Shown here: piece after piece, positions 8,795-17,195 of the stretch
How the letters are laid out: each line of letters begins with the position of its first letter
How positions within the stretch are numbered: position 1 is the first letter of the stretch
Virus record (IMG/VR): IMGVR_UViG_3300018413_000024
Span: 1 to 29,900 of that record
DNA length: 29,900 nucleotides
Strand: one strand, 5' to 3'
DNA from: a virus
Lineage: Duplodnaviria; Caudoviricetes
Position numbers and translations under genes: made by a program
Notes under the pieces: generated by a model
Told to the model about the DNA's origin: nothing
What the model saw: only the letters and a program-made list of their open reading frames with translations
Databases searched by the model: none

Positions 8795-9037
8795 ATGGCT
8801 ACTTACAATCTGCGTATTACTGAAAAACAACGCGATGCTTTGGCTGCCGCGCTGAGCTACTACGAGATGCTACGAGTTGATGAGCCACCCGTGACTATTC
8901 CTGACGAATGGTCTGGTCGTGCCGAGCGTGCTGAATACAATGACTACGCTCGTGACGAGAATCGCATGATTCGTGCGATAAACAAGATTGAGGAGCAGTT
9001 GGGTTTCCGACTCACTCCTACTCTTGACTACAAATAA
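8795..9037 (+). CDS. Hypothetical protein (island ORF1, 80 aa)
   Basis: AAACTGGAGGT RBS. First gene after the island promoter, enclosed by repeat pair B. Confidence 0.8.
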   Translation: MATYNLRITEKQRDALAAALSYYEMLRVDEPPVTIPDEWSGRAERAEYNDYARDENRMIRAINKIEEQLGFRLTPTLDYK

Positions 9038-9043
9038 TCATCT

Positions 9044-9073
9044 GAGGATGGACAGTCTGCTGGCAACCCGGTC
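9044..9073 (+). repeat. Inverted repeat B, right arm
   Basis: GAGGATGGACAGTCTGCTGGCAACCCGGTC, starting 6 nt after the ORF1 stop. Confidence 0.95.
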
Positions 9074-9097
9074 CGAATGAAACTGGAGGTGCCTACT

Positions 9098-9433
9098 ATG
9101 GACACTATATTCAAACCGCTTGGCGATTGGAAACCTTACTACATCCCAGAGGGAACTGAGGTTCCTGCTACCGACCTGCGACGTGCTCGCAAGGTCTACC
9201 GTGGTGAGAGCTGGGGTGGCCCTACTACCTACAAGCTCGCGAGCCATAAAGCAGACCCTACAGAGACGCTTTACATCTGGGAGACTCACTCCGATGGTTC
9301 TGCTATCTGTGTTCAGGATGACGCTAGCCACTTGAACCGTGCCGAGAATGAAGGCATATTCGAGATGCGTTGCGACAATCTGGACCTTGAGGGTCGTGCT
9401 CTTATGGCTGAATACCTGGACGAGATTCGCTAG
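9098..9433 (+). CDS. Hypothetical protein (island ORF2, 111 aa)
   Basis: Same AAACTGGAGGT RBS as ORF1 places the start at ATG 9098 (MDTIFKP). Confidence 0.8.
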   Translation: MDTIFKPLGDWKPYYIPEGTEVPATDLRRARKVYRGESWGGPTTYKLASHKADPTETLYIWETHSDGSAICVQDDASHLNRAENEGIFEMRCDNLDLEGRALMAEYLDEIR

Positions 9434-9439
9434 TCCACT

Positions 9440-9466
9440 GCGAGCCATCCTGCTGGCTAGTCAGTC
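9440..9466 (+). repeat. Inverted repeat A, right arm
   Basis: GCGAGCCATCCTGCTGGCTAGTCAGTC, starting 6 nt after the ORF2 stop. Confidence 0.95.
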
Positions 9467-9496
9467 CCCTACCTAATCAGAAGAATGGAGAATCAA

Positions 9497-9700
9497 ATGA
9501 TTGATGTCAAATATCCTGAAGTTGAAGTGGACCTGGTTGGTGAAGACGGTAACGCCTACTCCATCCTGGGTCGTGTCCAGAAGGCAATGCGTCGTGCCGG
9601 TGTTCCTGCCGGTGAGATTGAGGCATACCTGAAGGAAGCCACCGCCGGTGACTACAACCACCTGCTCGCTACAACCTGCGAGTGGGTTCACGCTAACTGA
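9497..9700 (+). CDS. Conserved small phage protein (island ORF3)
   Basis: LVGEDGNAYSILGRV..AMRRAG...GDYNHLL resembles a widespread uncharacterised phage family. GGAG RBS. Confidence 0.8.
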   Translation: MIDVKYPEVEVDLVGEDGNAYSILGRVQKAMRRAGVPAGEIEAYLKEATAGDYNHLLATTCEWVHAN

Positions 9701-9712
9701 TTGGAGAATCTG

Positions 9713-10135
9713 ATGAATCACAAGTTCACCACTGAGGATGGGCTACCCACTGAGGGAACAATAGCCCACTCCTTGTTTACTGAAACCTACCCCAAAGTGG
9801 AACTGGTCGAGCCTGTCCAGTTCGGTTGGGATGGTTACAACACACGGCTCAAGGTTGGCGATATTTTCTACCGCTACCCCTTGGAACCGATGACGGAATA
9901 CGATGAGGGTAGGTGCTACCGGGTTGCGCTTTTGCAAAACGGTGCCGCTTACCTTTTGAATTTTCCTACAAGCGGTTCGTTTACTGCGGACCGAGAATGG
10001 TTCCAAGGTCGCACAGCCAAAGGCAAATTCTACTCATACGGTTACACCTTGATAGCCCGTCATACGGATGAGGTGAAGCCTGGCTATGCGATTGACCGGT
10101 TGGACAAATGGGCTAAGCAATACGCTGGGTCCTGA
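9713..10135 (+). CDS. Hypothetical protein (island ORF4)
   Basis: GGAG RBS before ATG 9713. Aromatic-rich, 140 aa. Confidence 0.75.
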   Translation: MNHKFTTEDGLPTEGTIAHSLFTETYPKVELVEPVQFGWDGYNTRLKVGDIFYRYPLEPMTEYDEGRCYRVALLQNGAAYLLNFPTSGSFTADREWFQGRTAKGKFYSYGYTLIARHTDEVKPGYAIDRLDKWAKQYAGS

Positions 10136-10138
10136 TTG

Positions 10139-10172
10139 GGTGGGGTGGGGGACTTTGGTCCCCTGCCCCGCC
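10139..10172 (+). terminator. GC-rich hairpin within the island (partial terminator or processing/stabilising stem)
   Basis: 15-bp stem GGTGGGGTGGGGGAC/GTCCCCTGCCCCGCC with 3 G.U pairs that form only on plus-strand RNA. Weak U tail (ACTTTGATT). Confidence 0.6.
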
Positions 10173-10192
10173 ACTTTGATTGGAGGAAGCAA

Positions 10193-10504
10193 ATGAACAA
10201 GGTACGAACTGACGAATCGGTCTACTGGGACCGTTACTCGGATGCCCTATACGATGTTACTAGCCAGTTGGATTCTATGCGGAAGCGCATTAGCTGGATA
10301 TGTGACCGGGCTGACGGGTTCAAACGACAGACTGGCTCTGAGCGCCGTGAAGAACTTGTCAAGTCGGTGCGAGATGAACTGTCTGATGTTTGCAATGTCG
10401 CTTACCGCGATGCCCTGGATACTATCGCCAAGCTGGAAGCTATGGTCGGCATGGAGATTGAGGCAGAGGGCATTATCAAACGAATGGAGGAAGGCAATGG
10501 CTAA
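10193..10504 (+). CDS. Hypothetical helical protein (island ORF5)
   Basis: GGAGG RBS before ATG 10193 (MNKVRTD). Confidence 0.75.
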   Translation: MNKVRTDESVYWDRYSDALYDVTSQLDSMRKRISWICDRADGFKRQTGSERREELVKSVRDELSDVCNVAYRDALDTIAKLEAMVGMEIEAEGIIKRMEEGNG

Positions 10505-10835
10505 GAGAATACCTGCCAAAGTGAACCGTTACATGAGGGTCATGCGAGCTTTGCGTGCCGCCAAGGATACCGCTAACACTTCTACTAGCAAGTGGAGTGT
10601 TGTGGAGCCCTGGGGTCGTGACGAAGCCAGTGAGCTTCAGAATCATATCCACGAGATGATTCGTGCTAAGCGTGCTGAGCTTGCTGAGCTTGAACACGCT
10701 TGGTCTGAACTCATTGAGATGGTGGACGATGGTTGTGTTGAGGAATACACCGAGTTCACCCGCGCTCAGATGGAACGTCATGCTGAGGCTATGCGCCGTG
10801 GTCATGAGGAACTGAAGAAACGAGTGCTCTCATGA
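10497..10835 (+). CDS. Hypothetical coiled-coil protein (island ORF6)
   Basis: GGAGG RBS before ATG 10497 (MAKRIPAK). 8-nt overlap with ORF5. Confidence 0.75.
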   Translation: MAKRIPAKVNRYMRVMRALRAAKDTANTSTSKWSVVEPWGRDEASELQNHIHEMIRAKRAELAELEHAWSELIEMVDDGCVEEYTEFTRAQMERHAEAMRRGHEELKKRVLS

Positions 10836-11035
10836 TGACTCGCAAAGATTACATCGCAATCGCTGAGGCTATTGTCCCCTGCGGTTTGGAGATGGGTGCT
10901 AGTGACTATGAGTTACTAGTGGACCGCTTGAGTGCTGTGTTCGAGCGTGACAATCCCCAATTTGACCGTGAGCGTTGGGAGCTTGCCTGTGGGTTCCAAA
11001 GAATCCCTGGCTCCTATGTTCGCCACACTGTGTGA
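10832..11035 (+). CDS. Conserved small phage protein (island ORF7)
   Basis: MTRKDY..IA...F..DNP.FD.ER...AC pattern resembling a common small phage family. ATGA overlap. Confidence 0.75.
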   Translation: MMTRKDYIAIAEAIVPCGLEMGASDYELLVDRLSAVFERDNPQFDRERWELACGFQRIPGSYVRHTV

Positions 11036-11045
11036 CAGTGACAAG

Positions 11046-11083
11046 AATACCCCTGGAGCTTATTGGCTCTGGGGGTATTTTTG
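11046..11083 (+). terminator. Intrinsic terminator ending the island
   Basis: 14-bp stem AATACCCCTGGAGC/GCTCTGGGGGTATT (2 G.U) running into a T tract, between convergent genes. Confidence 0.8.
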
Positions 11084-11086
11084 TAT

Positions 11087-11275
11087 CTACCTTACCTCGG
11101 TAGGTTCAGTCACTCTGACTTCACGCTTGGGCTTCTCCGCCCTGGGTGACTCATCTGGAGTGTCCAGTTCGGCAACTGCCTTAGCCATCTGGTCCGCCAA
11201 AGAATGGATTGCGCCACTCTCGGGATTCCCCGCCACCTTGAGGATTGCCTCTTTGATGTCTTTTTCACTAGCCAT
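11087..11275 (-). CDS. Small head-module protein (62 aa)
   Basis: Overlaps the protease stop and has a GGAG RBS. Ends KREVRVTEPTEVR. Confidence 0.7.
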   Translation of the reverse strand: MASEKDIKEAILKVAGNPESGAIHSLADQMAKAVAELDTPDESPRAEKPKREVRVTEPTEVR

Positions 11276-12668
11276 TGATTAGCTCCAATAGTTTGAGTTT
11301 CTGCTTCTTGAGTTCAAGCATAGCCTTGCCGTTGTCCTCATCCTCAGCTGGCTTCTCTGGGGCAATCGAGTCAAGGACCTCATTGAGCAAGCGCGTATCT
11401 TCCTCAGTCATGTCCTCACCCATCTCCAGTTTCACTAGGGCATCGGATAAGGCATCCAGGTCCACGTTTGCTCGCTGAGCGACTCTCTCAAGACCACGGA
11501 CCGTAGCCTTACCGGAAGTGCCCTCGTATGCGGGAAACGCAACAATGCTGACCTCGTGAAGCATAACCTCACGCAGAGTGCGCTCCTTGCCGTCCTCGGA
11601 CCAGTCATCTCCGCCACGGGGTACGGTAAAACCAAAGCTCATAGCGTCCACATCCCCACGCTTGAGGAGTTCAGCCGCGTCACGCCCAGTAGTGGTGTTA
11701 GGCAGTTGAGCTACAACCTTGAGCCCGCGCTCATCCTCAACCAGTTTCATCGTGCCGGACCGGGTAGAGCCCAGGACCTCACTAGTGTCGTGATTCCACA
11801 GCAACTTGATGTCGTTGCGGGACTTGAGTGACCGGATGAAAGCTCCAGGTGCTATACGCTCAGTGAACGGAAGTGGCTTGCTCGGAGAATCAAATAATGC
11901 GGCATAGCCCTCAAAGAACATGCCGTCAGCGTTCTCACGGACCTCCATCTCTTCCAATGGTGTTTCGCGTGTTTCAATAGCAGGCAAAGTGTGTCCCCTG
12001 TCTTTCTGCTCAGCTTCCAGTCTACCAACCACACGGTCAGCATACTTCATTGCTCGCTCCGCGCCACGTTTTGTGGGTCCACTTCCCCATAATAGGTGAG
12101 CGACCACTCCAGGGCTGGGATACTTGTCGTTGTCTGGGTCTGCCGCAGGAGCATCTAGGTCAGGCATATGCCGTGCTATCCAAGCCCGCAATCTGACCCA
12201 CTTCTCTGAGGTCACGTTACCCTCAGCCATAGCACGAGCTTCACGAATGGTCTTTTCCTTCAGACCACCACCGCCCTTGCCTTCCTCCACATACTTGAGC
12301 CCCTGCCTTGCCGCAGCACGCATGAACGCTGGCGGGTCCAGGTTCAAGGCACGGTCCTCAGAGCCCCTGTCAGGCGTTAGGGATTCTCCCGGGGTTCCTA
12401 TATCGGTGAAGCCCTGTTCGTCGCTCAGACGCGATTCTGACGCCTCTATTTCTGGGTTTTGACCCTGATTCCGGGTCCGATTCCCCTCAAATGGCTCATT
12501 TTGCCCCTCATAGGTTCCTCCAGGTTCCATGCCTTCATCCTGCGATATCGCAACCATCTGCTCTACAGCCCCATCCTTGTCGTCATGGCACCCAACCACT
12601 TCGCCATCCTCTTTGACAACAGCCCAGCCCGGGCAACTGTCAGCTTCATCGGTAATGAAATACGGCAT
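11268..12668 (-). CDS. HK97-family prohead protease with long N-terminal extension
   Basis: C-terminal half has FEGYAALF, F.E.I.PGAF, LWNHD (His), MSFGF (Ser) and EVSIVAFPAY. About 230 extra N-terminal residues. Confidence 0.92.
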   Translation of the reverse strand: MPYFITDEADSCPGWAVVKEDGEVVGCHDDKDGAVEQMVAISQDEGMEPGGTYEGQNEPFEGNRTRNQGQNPEIEASESRLSDEQGFTDIGTPGESLTPDRGSEDRALNLDPPAFMRAAARQGLKYVEEGKGGGGLKEKTIREARAMAEGNVTSEKWVRLRAWIARHMPDLDAPAADPDNDKYPSPGVVAHLLWGSGPTKRGAERAMKYADRVVGRLEAEQKDRGHTLPAIETRETPLEEMEVRENADGMFFEGYAALFDSPSKPLPFTERIAPGAFIRSLKSRNDIKLLWNHDTSEVLGSTRSGTMKLVEDERGLKVVAQLPNTTTGRDAAELLKRGDVDAMSFGFTVPRGGDDWSEDGKERTLREVMLHEVSIVAFPAYEGTSGKATVRGLERVAQRANVDLDALSDALVKLEMGEDMTEEDTRLLNEVLDSIAPEKPAEDEDNGKAMLELKKQKLKLLELING

Positions 12669-12946
12669 TAGTCATTCTTTTGGATTTGGAGAACATGGAC
12701 CACGGGTGCTCCCTGACTGCTATATGCGTATAACACATCCCCAGGGCGCAAAGTCATTGACATAGTTTCGCCAGCGTGGAGGTGGAGCCCGTTGGTGTTA
12801 TCTACGGTGGCGTTGCCTAACAATACGGTTGTGGACTCACTGTGGTCTGCCTCGTGAACCCAAATATCTTGGGGCATATTGTCAGCCGAAGCAACCAATA
12901 CTCTTGTGCTCTCGGCAATCGTGAAATGGTTGTTGATAATGGGCAT
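12668..12946 (-). CDS. Hypothetical beta-rich protein, possibly virion-associated
   Basis: 92 aa, TAATG-coupled to both portal and protease. Confidence 0.7.
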   Translation of the reverse strand: MPIINNHFTIAESTRVLVASADNMPQDIWVHEADHSESTTVLLGNATVDNTNGLHLHAGETMSMTLRPGDVLYAYSSQGAPVVHVLQIQKND

Positions 12947-14310
12947 TATTTGACCTCATCCTCATACGGTTCCTCTGGGTCCTCGGGGTCCACTTGAGAA
13001 ACTGGCTGAAGTTGCGAGCTAGCAAGACCAGTGTGCTCGATAGCGGGTAGACCCAGGGCTTCCAAAACCTGCTCAGGGTTGAATCCGACCAGAACCAACT
13101 GCTGTGCGGCTTGGACCTTGTTCTTGATAGCGGTGATACCGGAATCGTCCAGGTCCACGTTGGCTAACGGCACTCTAACCATGTTCGCCGTTGGGTCGTC
13201 CATCGGTGTCAGGTCCTCAAGCCTACGGACGTCATTGATTGTCAAGAATCCTGACTGTAACCCTGTCGAATATGCGGATGCTCTGGTCTGGAGGTCAGCT
13301 CGAAGCAATCCGTCCAGGTTGAACTTGATGTATGCGTTTTCTCCACGCGGGGACCGAGCCAAAAGTGGGCTCAGGCTACCCTCAATCTTTTGGATGATTG
13401 GTCGCAAACCGTGGGTAACCCAAGCCAGGTTGTTCTGCTCCACGCTCGCATAGGATGTAGTCCCGGGCAGACCAAGCAGGTGGGGTGGGATATTGAACGC
13501 TCTAGCGATATCCTCTACCGCCATGTGTCGTGCCTCTAGCGCTTGCGACTGAGCCGGGTCAATCTGGGTCGCTTTGAAAGTGGCTCCACCGGACAACACA
13601 CCAGTCTTGTGACCCTTACGCCAACCTTTATGGCGGTTATCGAATCCATTGACCAGATTTGCGGCTTGCTCGGCGGTCAGGTTGCCGGGGAACTCAATGA
13701 TTCCGCTGAGGTTGGTTCCTTGACCAAAGAATGAAGCCGCAAACTTTTCCAGCCCCATAGCCAGCCCAAAGTTTTCCTTGAGTGCCTTGATTCTCGACAC
13801 GCCACGGACCTCACCAGGGCGAACAATGTCCGGAATCCAAACTATGGACTCTGAATCGAATGGTCTACCCTCATTCTCAACGGTGAACGTCAGTCTGCCG
13901 ACAGAATTGCGTTTGATTTCCACTGTCAGCGGGTTCAGGACCGTCAGGTTCACAATCTCGCCACGCCGATTCGAGAATACCCGGATGAAAGCGTTTCCAT
14001 CGAGCAAAAGCGACACGATAAGTGAGTTGTAGAACGCTTCACGGGGCATATCCACATCTGGCTTGTTCACCCAAGCTGGTTTCGGGTCCAGCTCCTCGCG
14101 GTTACCGTCTACCTTCACATAGCAGTTCACCGGCAGAGTGGAAACCGTATTGGCGATAAGGCTGACAGCAGAGAATACGGCATTGACCTCAAACACGGTC
14201 TTGTCCGTAATGTTCGTAGATGACAGATTGCCTATTGTCAGGTCGTCACCGCTACCCCAAACGGTTTGAAAGTCAATGGCTCTCTGCTCGAACAGCTTAT
14301 TGAAAACCAT
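12946..14310 (-). CDS. Portal protein, HK97 family
   Basis: AVFSAVSLIA..VSTLP, LLLDGNAF, IARAFNIPPHLLG, SYASVEQ and G.LTINDVRRLEDL motifs. Confidence 0.96.
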   Translation of the reverse strand: MVFNKLFEQRAIDFQTVWGSGDDLTIGNLSSTNITDKTVFEVNAVFSAVSLIANTVSTLPVNCYVKVDGNREELDPKPAWVNKPDVDMPREAFYNSLIVSLLLDGNAFIRVFSNRRGEIVNLTVLNPLTVEIKRNSVGRLTFTVENEGRPFDSESIVWIPDIVRPGEVRGVSRIKALKENFGLAMGLEKFAASFFGQGTNLSGIIEFPGNLTAEQAANLVNGFDNRHKGWRKGHKTGVLSGGATFKATQIDPAQSQALEARHMAVEDIARAFNIPPHLLGLPGTTSYASVEQNNLAWVTHGLRPIIQKIEGSLSPLLARSPRGENAYIKFNLDGLLRADLQTRASAYSTGLQSGFLTINDVRRLEDLTPMDDPTANMVRVPLANVDLDDSGITAIKNKVQAAQQLVLVGFNPEQVLEALGLPAIEHTGLASSQLQPVSQVDPEDPEEPYEDEVK

Positions 14311-14444
14311 TACCTATCCATCCCCATCGCGTATCCGATAATCAGCAAAAATGCGCCACCTACGATGAGTCCTAACGGCGCAAATATGAGTGAAGTTCCC
14401 AAAGTGATAGCGATTGCTCCACCGACTTGTAATGTTGAGGCCAT
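14310..14444 (-). CDS. Small membrane protein (44 aa) between terminase and portal
   Basis: Not in the track: MASTLQVGGAIAITLGTSLIFAPLGLIVGGAFLLIIGYAMGMDR. Fills the gap and its TAA overlaps the portal ATG. Confidence 0.75.
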   Translation of the reverse strand: MASTLQVGGAIAITLGTSLIFAPLGLIVGGAFLLIIGYAMGMDR

Positions 14445-14448
14445 GTTC

Positions 14449-15969
14449 CTATCCAAAGAACTCAGGTACTAGTGCTTCCATTCTACCGATAGTTGCCCGG
14501 TCTACGGCAATAACCGCCGCAACCGCTGAGTCAATCTTGCGTGGACTGTCGCGCTTGTCTTTTACTATACGGGGTCCAACTGAGTCAATCTTGACAACCG
14601 CGTTATCCAAATGGCGTGCCAAAGTGGGGTCCCCATCGTGAACTAGGCGTTTCTCAATGACGGCATCGTAGAACTTGGTACAAGCTGGGACCATACGCTT
14701 AGCACTTGTGGACGGGTATTCCACAATAGGTAGACCGTAGTCCTCCAAAACCTGCATCGTTCTTGTCCAACGGTAGGGGTCGCAAGCGATTTCCCTGACA
14801 TTGGGATGGTCCCGGCAAAACTCAATCAGGGTTTGCTCGACCTCACGAACATCCACCCGCCAGTCCTCATCGTGAATCTCTAGGTCCTTCTCCCAAGCCT
14901 TCACCATGAACACTCTCAGCGGGTCATCCTCATCCTCGGGGATAACACAGCCCACGATTACTGTGGCGTCACCGTTGAACGAGCCATCGAATCCTAGAAT
15001 GATTTGGTCATCAGGTTTGACCTCGAATGTTTCCTCGCAAGCATCCCACGCCCCATTCGGGAGCCACGCCAGTTGGCTAGACACCCACTGGTTACAGCGC
15101 TTGGTCCTGAACTCTGCTTCCGGGGTCCGGCGGACCGAAGAATGAAAGTCGCTGGGAGCGTTCAGGTCCGCATAGCCTGGGTTAGCTTTACGCCATGTTT
15201 CCTCGTCACGGTGGTCCCCGTCATCCTCCCACCAAGCCATAAAGAATGTAGGGTCATCTACTTCCCCACGGGATATTTTCTGGCCATATTGGTACAAGTC
15301 GTATGCGATTGAGTCCCGACCAGTGCTATCAGCCTTGACACCTGCCGTTGTGATGGCGAGCATCGTTGCCATCGAACCACGAGCACCCATAGCCAGCGAC
15401 ATAACGTCAAATAGGTCACGATTTGGTTGGGCGTGAAGCTCGTCAAACATGACGAACGTGGGGTTCAGACCCTCTTTTGAGTACGCCTCAGCCGACAGAA
15501 CCGTATACGAACTATTACCGGCAGGATAGTAGATGGCGTTACGGTAGACCTTCATCATCTTGGATAGTTCCTCAGATTCACTCACAATCCGTGCCGCATC
15601 CTTGAACACAATACGGGCTTGCCCCGTTTCTGCGGCTACAGAATACACTTCCCCGCCCTCGGGTCCGGCGATAAGCGAATACAGCGCCAGAACGGAACCC
15701 AGGGCTGATTTGCCGTTCTTGCGGGGCATCCCGACATAGTTGATTCTGTGACGGAGCTGGTCAGTCTCATCATGGGCGAAAATATGCCTAATCAGGTCCT
15801 TTTGCCAATCCCTCAGAATCAGTGGGCTCCCTGACTTGCCTGCGACAGAATCTTTGGTGACAATGCCGTACTGTTCCGCAAACTCAATAGCAATATGTCC
15901 CTCTCCACGGTCCAAGTGGTCCTGGGGAACGGGCGTAAGCCATTTGGGGCTATGACTTGTGAAGCTCAT
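14449..15969 (-). CDS. terL: Terminase large subunit
   Basis: LRDWQ, Walker A PRKNGKS, Walker B VMFDELH, ITTAG, nuclease GFDGS and KIDSAVA. Likely start ATG 15969. Confidence 0.97.
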   Translation of the reverse strand: MSFTSHSPKWLTPVPQDHLDRGEGHIAIEFAEQYGIVTKDSVAGKSGSPLILRDWQKDLIRHIFAHDETDQLRHRINYVGMPRKNGKSALGSVLALYSLIAGPEGGEVYSVAAETGQARIVFKDAARIVSESEELSKMMKVYRNAIYYPAGNSSYTVLSAEAYSKEGLNPTFVMFDELHAQPNRDLFDVMSLAMGARGSMATMLAITTAGVKADSTGRDSIAYDLYQYGQKISRGEVDDPTFFMAWWEDDGDHRDEETWRKANPGYADLNAPSDFHSSVRRTPEAEFRTKRCNQWVSSQLAWLPNGAWDACEETFEVKPDDQIILGFDGSFNGDATVIVGCVIPEDEDDPLRVFMVKAWEKDLEIHDEDWRVDVREVEQTLIEFCRDHPNVREIACDPYRWTRTMQVLEDYGLPIVEYPSTSAKRMVPACTKFYDAVIEKRLVHDGDPTLARHLDNAVVKIDSVGPRIVKDKRDSPRKIDSAVAAVIAVDRATIGRMEALVPEFFG

Positions 15970-16408
15970 TGCGTTTCCTGATGATTTCTTCAATCTTTGA
16001 CGCCTTCTTGACCTCAGCCACACCCAGGCGGGTCCTATCGCTAGGCGTGAACCCAAGCAGAGAGAGATTGCGAACAATCTGGTTGGAAACTGAGTCTAGC
16101 CTGCGAGCCATCCCCATATCGTCAGAGTTCATTACCTTGATTCGCAGATTCCAGCGCTCATCCACAAGCTCGCAAGTCATAAGCAGGATTTCCATGTCGG
16201 TGGAAGGTGATATCCATTGAATACCTGCTCCCCAAACCTCATCCCACAATCTGCGACCAGGTTTCAGCAGTGGTCTAGGCGGCTCAGGAATACCGTCAGC
16301 TTGCGGAAGTAACTCAACCTCCATCGGGTCCGGCAGTTTACGCTTTCCAGGGTTGCCCGTCTTACGCTTTATCTCCACCGGGGTAGGTGGTCTACCTCTT
16401 TGCGTCAT
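15950..16408 (-). CDS. terS: Terminase small subunit (P27-like)
   Basis: GRPPTP..K...GNPGKR N-terminus and LGFTPSDR..L C-terminus. ATG 16408 overlaps the upstream TGA. Confidence 0.92.
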   Translation of the reverse strand: MTQRGRPPTPVEIKRKTGNPGKRKLPDPMEVELLPQADGIPEPPRPLLKPGRRLWDEVWGAGIQWISPSTDMEILLMTCELVDERWNLRIKVMNSDDMGMARRLDSVSNQIVRNLSLLGFTPSDRTRLGVAEVKKASKIEEIIRKRNELHKS

Positions 16409-17193
16409 ATCCTGGGCTCTCTCGCGTAGGTCTTGGCTTTCAGCCGTATGTTCGGTACTTCTCCAGCCTTCCAATACATACTAGCCAAATCTGGGTATCT
16501 GGCACATATTGCTTCCAATTCGGCACGGTGCTCAGTCATTCTGTTAGGGATACCTTTATCTTTCACCTCCGCATCTATTCCACCCAACGAAAAAAACTTG
16601 GTCTTGAACGAAAGCCAGTCCATCCTGACAACAGAGCCATATATCAAGAATGACCGCAAGGTTGTTTCGTAGTCATCACCGGAACTCACTTTTGGTCTGT
16701 TTGAATCAGTAATCGTAGGGTCCCCGGCGTAGTTCCCGTAAAGTCCACCCGGAATGTAGCGCAATCCTACTATTGCCTTGTCCGACATATAGAAACCATT
16801 ACCGGTAGGGTTTATGCCCCACATTCCTGAGCCATACTTTTCGCAAAGGTCAAACCCGCGGGCGACCATATCGTCAAAGGAACCAGAATACGGCACCACC
16901 TTGTCCCCATCCTTTTCGGTCAAGTCCTTGATGTCATCATCCAGATTGACCAGTCGTGTCCCGGCGGGATAGTAGTTGTGGTAAAACTGCTGAGCGTTCA
17001 CCTTACCTACCTCAGCAATCACAATCTTGACATCCTCGGGAACAAAACGCTTGTACCAGTCATACTCTGCTTCGTTAGCCACGAACACCGTAACTAGTGT
17101 GGGGTTTACCCCATACTTAGCGAGCAAAGCGAGCGTAGCGGTTGCTACACCGTTTGGGCGCTTGTAGCTAGGGATAGCAACCTGATATCCCAC
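16405..17193 (-). CDS. TET-associated glycosyltransferase-like protein 3 (GT-A fold)
   Basis: YQVAIPSYKR strand, NLDDD (DxD), WGI, GDDYE and a C-terminal GG motif. In an operon with the TET/JBP-like gene. Confidence 0.85.
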   Translation of the reverse strand: MGYQVAIPSYKRPNGVATATLALLAKYGVNPTLVTVFVANEAEYDWYKRFVPEDVKIVIAEVGKVNAQQFYHNYYPAGTRLVNLDDDIKDLTEKDGDKVVPYSGSFDDMVARGFDLCEKYGSGMWGINPTGNGFYMSDKAIVGLRYIPGGLYGNYAGDPTITDSNRPKVSSGDDYETTLRSFLIYGSVVRMDWLSFKTKFFSLGGIDAEVKDKGIPNRMTEHRAELEAICARYPDLASMYWKAGEVPNIRLKAKTYAREPRI

Positions 17194-17195
17194 GG

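Noticed and set aside
8699-9466. Nested inverted repeats as IS/MITE ends or invertible (shufflon) sites
   Set aside because: No transposase or recombinase seen, no obvious target-site duplication, and the mismatches are strand-specific G.U and symmetric U.U. Kept only as the alternative to test.
10136-10496. Upstream extensions of island ORF5 (from 10136) and ORF6 (from 10242)
   Set aside because: They run through a hairpin or overlap ORF5. Strong GGAGG sites point to 10193 and 10497.
15970-16474. Longer starts for terL (16077) and terS (16474)
   Set aside because: They create long overlaps with upstream genes. ATG 15969 and ATG 16408 match family N-termini.
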